Assembly (NCBI GenBank): GCA_944384915.1
Contig: CALWVH010000135.1
Location: forward strand, 1,483 to 65,482
Direction: 5' to 3'
Length of the DNA stretch: 64,000 nt
From: an uncultured Clostridia bacterium
GTDB lineage: Bacteria > Bacillota > Clostridia > Oscillospirales > Acutalibacteraceae
Made by a program: the position numbers and the translations under genes. Below are positions 58,058 to 64,000 of this stretch, one piece after another (the first letter of the stretch is position 1; each line of letters begins with the position of its first letter). Under the pieces are notes generated by a model. It was given only the letters and a program-made list of their open reading frames with translations. It was not told the DNA's origin and did not search any database.

Positions 58058-59044
58058 GTGACAATATTGAGCACAAAAGAAAAAACCCTGCGGGCTTTGC
58101 AGGAAAACGGAGGCTATCTTTCCGGCGAAGCCCTCAGCGAACAGCTGGAAATTTCCCGGGCAGCGGTGTGGAAAGCCATTACCGCCCTGCGGGAACAGGG
58201 GTATCAGATCGATTCGGTAACCGGCAAAGGGTACCGTCTTCTCTCCTGTCCGGATATTCTCACCGAGGAATCCATCCGCGGCGGCCTTACCGGTTCCCTA
58301 GTCACCCGGATCTATACGATGGAGACGGTAGATTCCACCAATAACGAAGCCAAGCGCCGCGCTCAAGAAGGCGCCCCCCACGGCAGTATTTTTGTAGCAG
58401 AGGAGCAGACTGGGGGAAAAGGACGTTTGGGACGAGTGTGGAAATCTCCACCCAAAACTGGACTGTGGTTTACTTTGTTGCTTCGGCCTAAGGCTTCCCC
58501 GGAGCAGGTTACCAACTTGACTCTGTTTGCGGGGCTGGCAGTATCTCGGGCCATCCACTCTCTGACGGGGCTGCCCGCCCAGATTAAATGGCCCAACGAT
58601 GTGGTCATTGACGGAAAAAAGGTGTGCGGCATCTTAACGGAAATGGCAGCAGAGATGGAAAGCGTAGAGTATGTGATCCCCGGCATCGGAGTCAATGTCA
58701 ATACCGAAAGTTTTCCAGAGGATATTGCCTGGAAAGCCACCTCCCTCTATCTCTCCACCGGTAAAAAGTGGTCTCGTGCCACCGTCTTGCAGGCGATCCT
58801 TCGGGAAATGGAAGAATTGCTTTCCCGCCAGGAAGAAAAAGGCACCGGTGCGGTGTTGACAGAGTACCGGGAAAACTGCGTAACCATTGGTAAGCCGGTA
58901 AGCACCCAACGGGGAAACATCCGTCTTTCCGGCATCGCAGAGGATATTACCGAAACCGGGGAGCTGGTGGTGCGCCAGTCCAACGGGAATCAACTGATTA
59001 TCAATTCCGGCGAGGTTTCCGTGCAGGGAATCTATGGGGAATAA
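58058..59044 (+). CDS. birA: bifunctional biotin--[acetyl-CoA-carboxylase] ligase / biotin operon repressor
   Basis: It has an N-terminal winged HTH (SGEALSEQLEISRAAVWKAITALREQGY), GRGRLGR-type motif GKGRLGRVW and KWPNDV. The start is GTG. Confidence 0.85.
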   Translation: MTILSTKEKTLRALQENGGYLSGEALSEQLEISRAAVWKAITALREQGYQIDSVTGKGYRLLSCPDILTEESIRGGLTGSLVTRIYTMETVDSTNNEAKRRAQEGAPHGSIFVAEEQTGGKGRLGRVWKSPPKTGLWFTLLLRPKASPEQVTNLTLFAGLAVSRAIHSLTGLPAQIKWPNDVVIDGKKVCGILTEMAAEMESVEYVIPGIGVNVNTESFPEDIAWKATSLYLSTGKKWSRATVLQAILREMEELLSRQEEKGTGAVLTEYRENCVTIGKPVSTQRGNIRLSGIAEDITETGELVVRQSNGNQLIINSGEVSVQGIYGE

Positions 59045-59201
59045 ACAGGAATGTCCCGGAAAGTGCCTAGTGTACTTTCCGGGACTTTTATTTCCAAAAA
59101 ATCATTTTCTTTTTGTACTCAAAAATCACAAAATACAGATTGATTTTTTCTTCTCGCCCTGCTACAATGTCGGTGACTTTAAAACACAAGGAGGGGTTTC
59201 C

Positions 59202-62033
59202 TTGACAAGATACGATAAAATCGCACAAATGAAGCCAGAACAAAAAAACCACTGGATCGACATTCCCGAGCTCACCCCTTGGAACGAGCGGATCTTTGCG
59301 GAGATCGCCGTAGCGGAAGAACTGAACCAGAAGGAGAGCGGAAAATATGACGAGCTGCTGGAGCAGGCTGTAGACTGCCTGTACCGTTCCCACACCGAAC
59401 AGCACGCCCTGCCCGACAGCGTATGTGAAGAGGCGGAAAAAATTCTTCTGCCCCTTGGCCCTGCCGCCAAAGCCCTGACCATGCACTGCGTAGCCCATGC
59501 CCACATCGATATGGACTGGATGTGGGGCTACCATGAGACAGTAGACGTGGCACTCAACACCTTCCGTACCATGCTGGATCTGATGAACGAATACCCGGAT
59601 TTCACCTTCTCCCAGTCTCAGGCCGCGGTATACCGTATTGCCGAGACCTATGATCCGGCCCTGTTTGAAGGCATCAAGCAGCGGATGCAGGAGGGACGCT
59701 GGGAATTTGCCGGTTCCACCTGGGTGGAGCTGGATAAGAACCTGCCCGACCTGGAGAGCATGGCTCGACACATTCTTTATACCCGCAAATACTTAGGGGA
59801 GCATCTGGGCGTATCCAAGGAGACCCTGCGGCTGGATTTCCATCCCGACTCCTTTGGCCACGCTGCCAGTGTGCCGGAAATCTTTGCCGCCGGCGGCGTC
59901 CGGTGGTTCTACCACTGCCGTGGCTTGGACGGCCAGCAGCTCTATCGCTGGCGCGCCCCCTCCGGTGCAGAGGTATTGGCTCTCAACGAGCCCCTGTGGT
60001 ATAACGATTTCATTCGTCCTATGTATCTGCACATCGTACCCCAGTTCTGCTTCCGTTATGGGGTGCAGGATATGATGAAGATCTACGGTGTCGGCGATCA
60101 CGGCGGTGGACCTACTCGCCGTGACATCGAGCGTATTCTGGAAATGCAGAAGTGGCCGGTGGCTCCTACCATCCGCTTCTCCACCTATCAAGAATTTTTC
60201 AAGACCATTGAGCCTTTCCGGGAGAATCTGCCGGTGATTACCGGACAGCTTGGCCCCACCTTTACCGGCTGCTATACCTCCCAGTCCCGTATGAAGACCA
60301 TCAACCGCATGGGAGAAGACCGGCTGTATGAAGCAGAAATGCTTTCCGCCTATGCCAAAAAGCGGGCCGGCGGCGCCGACTTTACCCGCCAGTACCGCAC
60401 CGCCTGGGAAAATGTGCTGTTTAACCAGTTCCACGATATTCTCCCCGGCTCCAACACCCCGGACTCCTGCCATCACGCCTTGGGGTCCTTTGAAGAGACT
60501 ATGGCCGCCGTTATGGCAGGCTCTGCCTCCTCTCTGCGGTCCTTTGCAGCCGCCATCGACACCTCCGGCTTCTCTACCCCGGACGATCCTATGACCTCCC
60601 GCTCAGAAGGCGGCGGTGTGGGCATGGATATGGATGAAAAGGGCCGTTTCCGTCTCCCGGGCACCGAGCGCGGCCGTGGCAAAACCCGTCTCATCCACCT
60701 ATTCAATCCCACCTCCTACCAGCGCAAAGGCGTGGCAGAATTCACCCTTTGGGACTGGCCGGGAGATCCTGCCCGGATGCAGGCAAAAGACGTCAACGGC
60801 AAGGTAGTTTCCTGCCGGGTAACTGGACAAAAGGACGCCGGTTGGAGCCATCAGCGCACCGATGTACTGGCAGAGGTGGATATTCCTCCCATGGGCTACA
60901 CCACGCTGGAACTCAGCGAAACGCCCAAAACCAGTTTCTGCTTTGCCGCTATGCCTCCGGACCCCCGCGTAACCCGTTATCGCGCCAATGTTCTGGAAAA
61001 CGATCTGGTGCGCATCCAATTTGATGATTCCAACCTGTCTATCCTCTCCTGCTTTGATAAGGCGGAGGGCAAGGAGCTTCTCTCTGCTCCTGCCGGATTT
61101 GTACTTTTCCACGAGCAGAAAGCGGAAGGCGAGGGCGTACAGTCCGGCGGCAACGCCTGGGTAGAAGGCATTCTGACCCGGCCGGTTGATCTGCACACTG
61201 CTGGCGTAGTCTCCCTTCAGGGACAAGAGCTGGACGGCAGCCTGCGCCGCCGCCTGTCCTATCGGATTTCCCTCAACGGCATGACCATGGATGTCACTGC
61301 CTCCCTGTTTGAAGGTTCCCCGGCTCTGCATCTCTCCGCTTCCGTCACCGGGCTGCCTGCCGCCGACGATACTGGCGTACCCCACTTGAGCTTCCGGGCT
61401 CCTCTGGCATACTCCATCAGCCACCTGCGCTGCGACCAGCAGATCGGCACTATCGACCGAGAAGTGCAGGCTTTCCATGATGACTTCACCCGCAACTTTG
61501 TCTTTGGCGTACCTGCCGCCGGAGAGCGTGGCCTTGCCCTCCTCTCTGACTGCAAATACGGATGCCGCGCTATGGACGGCGCCCTCTATCTTTCTCTGCT
61601 GCGGGCTTCTTCTGGCCCCGACCGGTATCCGGAACTGGGAGAACGAGTTTTCCGCATTGGCATGGCTCCCACTCAAGGCTGCGATACAGCCTTGAAAGAA
61701 CTGGGCGAAACCTTTGTTCACTGGGATCTGCCTTATGCCTCCAACACCGCTCATCCCGGTTCCCTGCCCTTAGAGGAAAGCCTTTTCCAAGTTGAGGGAG
61801 ATGTGGTAATTTCCGGTGTAAAACTGGCAGAAGAAGGGGATTCCCTGATTATTCGGGTGGCTAACGCCCACGCAGACAAGGCCGCAGAAGCCAGCCTGCG
61901 TTTCTCCTTCCCAGTTAAAGCAGCTAGCCTCACGGATCTGGCTGAGGAATCGCTTTCTGCCCTGCCGGTAGAAGAAAATTGCCTGAACCTGTCTCTGTTG
62001 TCTGGTCAGGTAGTAACGGTATCTGTTTCCTAA
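59202..62033 (+). CDS. glycoside hydrolase family 38 alpha-mannosidase
   Basis: It contains HAHIDMDWMWGYHETV and DSFGH. The TTG at 59202 lies 5 nt after AAGGAGGGG. The ORF-track start at 59034 overlaps the birA end and is unlikely. Confidence 0.85.
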   Translation: MTRYDKIAQMKPEQKNHWIDIPELTPWNERIFAEIAVAEELNQKESGKYDELLEQAVDCLYRSHTEQHALPDSVCEEAEKILLPLGPAAKALTMHCVAHAHIDMDWMWGYHETVDVALNTFRTMLDLMNEYPDFTFSQSQAAVYRIAETYDPALFEGIKQRMQEGRWEFAGSTWVELDKNLPDLESMARHILYTRKYLGEHLGVSKETLRLDFHPDSFGHAASVPEIFAAGGVRWFYHCRGLDGQQLYRWRAPSGAEVLALNEPLWYNDFIRPMYLHIVPQFCFRYGVQDMMKIYGVGDHGGGPTRRDIERILEMQKWPVAPTIRFSTYQEFFKTIEPFRENLPVITGQLGPTFTGCYTSQSRMKTINRMGEDRLYEAEMLSAYAKKRAGGADFTRQYRTAWENVLFNQFHDILPGSNTPDSCHHALGSFEETMAAVMAGSASSLRSFAAAIDTSGFSTPDDPMTSRSEGGGVGMDMDEKGRFRLPGTERGRGKTRLIHLFNPTSYQRKGVAEFTLWDWPGDPARMQAKDVNGKVVSCRVTGQKDAGWSHQRTDVLAEVDIPPMGYTTLELSETPKTSFCFAAMPPDPRVTRYRANVLENDLVRIQFDDSNLSILSCFDKAEGKELLSAPAGFVLFHEQKAEGEGVQSGGNAWVEGILTRPVDLHTAGVVSLQGQELDGSLRRRLSYRISLNGMTMDVTASLFEGSPALHLSASVTGLPAADDTGVPHLSFRAPLAYSISHLRCDQQIGTIDREVQAFHDDFTRNFVFGVPAAGERGLALLSDCKYGCRAMDGALYLSLLRASSGPDRYPELGERVFRIGMAPTQGCDTALKELGETFVHWDLPYASNTAHPGSLPLEESLFQVEGDVVISGVKLAEEGDSLIIRVANAHADKAAEASLRFSFPVKAASLTDLAEESLSALPVEENCLNLSLLSGQVVTVSVS

Positions 62034-62047
62034 TTGGATCTTTTATG

Positions 62048-62078
62048 GCCCCGCCATACCGGCGGGGCTGTTCTTTTT
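62048..62078 (+). terminator. GH38 gene terminator
   Basis: The hairpin gccccgcc atacc ggcggggc is followed by a T-rich run. Confidence 0.8.
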
Positions 62079-62218
62079 CGGGGATGTTTGGGAAAACAGG
62101 AAAAAACACTGTTATTTTCTCTTCATCTGCGCTATAATAATAGAAATCCCGTTTACTGTCGTTTTGATATCATTTCCTGAAATCATAAACATTTTACAGA
62201 GAAATGGAGGTCTATCCT

Positions 62219-62842
62219 ATGAAAAACATTTTCGAATCTATCGGCATGTCTATCTCCCACGCTGTAGACTGCGTGGTGGAAAAGAACCGCAGGTCCGCCC
62301 AAATCAACCGTTTAAAGTTGGTGATCCGTCGGGAAGAGCGGATCTCTGAAAAAGCCTATATTGCTTTGGGTAAATATTATTATCATAACCTTCGGGACGA
62401 AAATGATCCGGTCACCGAGCCTCATTGCGTCGCCATAGACCAGGCTTCCAGAAGAATGGATCGGGCTATTACCCGTCTGGAAGATCTGTTTGTCAAGCAG
62501 GAACAGGCAGAGGATGCGTGCTCCGGTTGTGACTTTGACTGCAACAGCTGCCAGGGATTCTGTGGCAATGACGAGGAAGAGGACTTCTGCTGTGAAGAAC
62601 CTGCCGCTCCGGAGGCTGCTTGTGATTGCTGCACTTCTTCCGCTGAGGAAGAAACCTGCCACTGTGAAGAAAACAGCTGCGGTTGTGAGGAAGAATCCTG
62701 CTGTGAGGAACCCACTGCCACAGAGGAGCCTTCTGACAATAGAGAAGCTCCCGAAGCTGCGCAGCCTCCTGTAGAAAGCACCTACAGCGGTGTAGAGGAA
62801 GCAGCTGACCCCCGGGATAACCGGGAAATCCCCTTTCAGTAA
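62219..62842 (+). CDS. hypothetical protein: coiled-coil N-domain plus extremely Cys/Glu-rich acidic C-terminal region
   Basis: GGAGG lies 8 nt upstream of the ATG at 62219. I count 16 Cys within about 65 residues (CSGCDFDCNSCQGFCG...FCCEE...ACDCC...CHCEENSCGCEEESCCEE). No family was recognised with confidence. Confidence 0.6.
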   Translation: MKNIFESIGMSISHAVDCVVEKNRRSAQINRLKLVIRREERISEKAYIALGKYYYHNLRDENDPVTEPHCVAIDQASRRMDRAITRLEDLFVKQEQAEDACSGCDFDCNSCQGFCGNDEEEDFCCEEPAAPEAACDCCTSSAEEETCHCEENSCGCEEESCCEEPTATEEPSDNREAPEAAQPPVESTYSGVEEAADPRDNREIPFQ

Positions 62843-62858
62843 GTTTTGGGAGCAGCCT

Positions 62859-63926
62859 ATGAAAAAACGCGTTCTTGTGGGAATGAGCGGCGGCGTGGAT
62901 AGTTCCGCGGCGGCGCTCGTTCTGTTGCGCGCTGGATATGAGGTATCCGGCGTTACCATGATTTTGCATAATAATGGAGAGGAAGATCCTTCCCTTTGCG
63001 GTTCCTCCCGGGAAGCGGAGGACGCCGCCGCTGTGTGCCGTCATCTGGGGATTTCCCATCAGGTGCTGGATTTTTCCTCCATTTTTGCAGAGTATGTGCA
63101 GAAAAACTTTATTACAGAATATACCGCCGGTCGTACCCCCAACCCCTGTATCCGGTGCAACCGGTATTTAAAATTTGGCGCCATGCTGGAATATGCCCTA
63201 AAAAACGGCTTTGACTATGTGGCTACCGGCCATTACGCGCTGGTAGAAGAGGAAAACGGCCGATTTTTGCTGCGCCGTGCCCCCACAGATAAAGACCAAA
63301 GCTATGTGCTTTATCAGCTGAGCCAGCACCAGCTCTCCCATATTCTCACCCCTCTGGGCAGAATGGAAAAGCCGGAAATTCGCCGTCTGGCGGAAGAGGC
63401 AGGACTGCCAGTAGCTCACAAAGCGGAAAGCCAGGATATTTGCTTTATCCCCGACGGGGACTATAATGGATTTCTTGCCCGGGAAACAGGGCGGGAGCCA
63501 AAACCGGGGGACTTTGTAGACCTTCAGGGGCATGTATTGGGCCGTCACCGGGGGATTACCCGGTATACTATTGGCCAGCGCAAGGGTTTAGGACTCAGCT
63601 TTGGCCAGCCCATGTATGTGACAAAAATCGATCCTGCCTTGAATCAGGTCACTTTAGGGCCAGAAGGCAGCCAGTATGCACCGGGGCTTTTAGCTAGCGA
63701 CGTCAACTGGATTGCCTTTGACCAGCCCACGGAGCCCTTTGATGCCCAGGTAAAGGTGCGGTACCGTGCAGGAGCTGCCCCAGCCAGGGTGTTTCCACTG
63801 GAAGACGGCAAAGTGCGGGTGGAATTTATGGAACCCCAGCGCTCCATCACTCCTGGACAGGCCGCTGTATTCTATCTGGGGGATGTGGTAGCCGGAGGCG
63901 GCACCATCCTCTCCCCTCTTCCCTGA
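62859..63926 (+). CDS. mnmA: tRNA 2-thiouridine(34) synthase
   Basis: It has the PP-loop GMSGGVDSS and the catalytic Cys context NPCIRCN. Confidence 0.95.
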   Translation: MKKRVLVGMSGGVDSSAAALVLLRAGYEVSGVTMILHNNGEEDPSLCGSSREAEDAAAVCRHLGISHQVLDFSSIFAEYVQKNFITEYTAGRTPNPCIRCNRYLKFGAMLEYALKNGFDYVATGHYALVEEENGRFLLRRAPTDKDQSYVLYQLSQHQLSHILTPLGRMEKPEIRRLAEEAGLPVAHKAESQDICFIPDGDYNGFLARETGREPKPGDFVDLQGHVLGRHRGITRYTIGQRKGLGLSFGQPMYVTKIDPALNQVTLGPEGSQYAPGLLASDVNWIAFDQPTEPFDAQVKVRYRAGAAPARVFPLEDGKVRVEFMEPQRSITPGQAAVFYLGDVVAGGGTILSPLP

Positions 63927-63951
63927 CAATTCCTCGCAAGGAGGTTTTATT

Positions 63952-64000
63952 TTGTCTACCTGTATCAGTAAGGATATCAGCTGTCCCAGCTGTGGGGCAG
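63952..64000 (+). CDS. 5' end of an unidentified ORF running out of the window
   Basis: AAGGAGG at 63939-63945 is followed 6 nt later by a TTG. The frame translates LSTCISKDISCPSCGA..., which looks like the start of a CxxC zinc ribbon. Confidence 0.3.
   Translation, partial: MSTCISKDISCPSCGA

Noticed and set aside
1-64000. I searched by eye for CRISPR arrays, rRNA or tRNA genes, transposases, integrases, phage genes, toxin-antitoxin pairs and known defence systems.
   Set aside because: I saw no regularly spaced direct repeats, no tRNA-like T-arm sequences (GGTTCGAATCC-type), no IS or terminal inverted repeat signatures and no defence-associated domains. The gene content is housekeeping throughout. 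A tRNAscan, Infernal and defence-HMM scan would be needed to make this definitive.

Overview
The window reads as an ordinary core-chromosome segment of a spore-forming Firmicute, class Clostridia. The markers are spoIIE, RNase Y, a T-box leader, a preQ1-I riboswitch, Gram-positive RBS usage and moderately high GC. I support about 60 protein genes, almost all housekeeping. In order they are: prs(3' end)-pth-mfd; an LCP cell-wall ligase; a Crp/Fnr regulator with trxA-trxB; a disrupted ldh; a heterodimeric ABC exporter; queT; a TrkH/KtrB K+ transporter; spoIIE; an XRE-regulated NatAB-like ABC operon; thrS; rny; a deoD-cdd-pdp nucleoside salvage operon; feoAB; proS behind an orphan Na+-decarboxylase beta/gamma pair; acpP; aroE-aroK; an AraC/GH4 sugar locus; lexA; rarA; glyA; class III RNR nrdD; birA; a GH38 mannosidase; and mnmA. 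I found no rRNA, tRNA, CRISPR array, transposase, integrase or recognisable defence system. I therefore do not claim a clear novel multi-gene system. The observations most worth a second look are below.
- The class III ribonucleotide reductase has its glycyl-radical domain on a separate small ORF. That ORF is in frame behind a tandem TGA-TGA and has its own RBS. No nrdG lies nearby.
- A protein with a very Cys/Glu-rich tail sits just upstream of mnmA.
- An M23 peptidase is divergent from lexA across a 410-nt gap that holds an SOS-box-like palindrome and an orphan terminator hairpin.
- An orphan promoter plus tandem-hairpin unit (candidate sRNA) lies between two divergent XRE regulators.
- An otherwise intact ldh carries a single in-frame amber codon.
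Several small ORFs below the 60-aa cutoff of the ORF track are also proposed. All family calls come from motif recognition by eye, and no searches were run.
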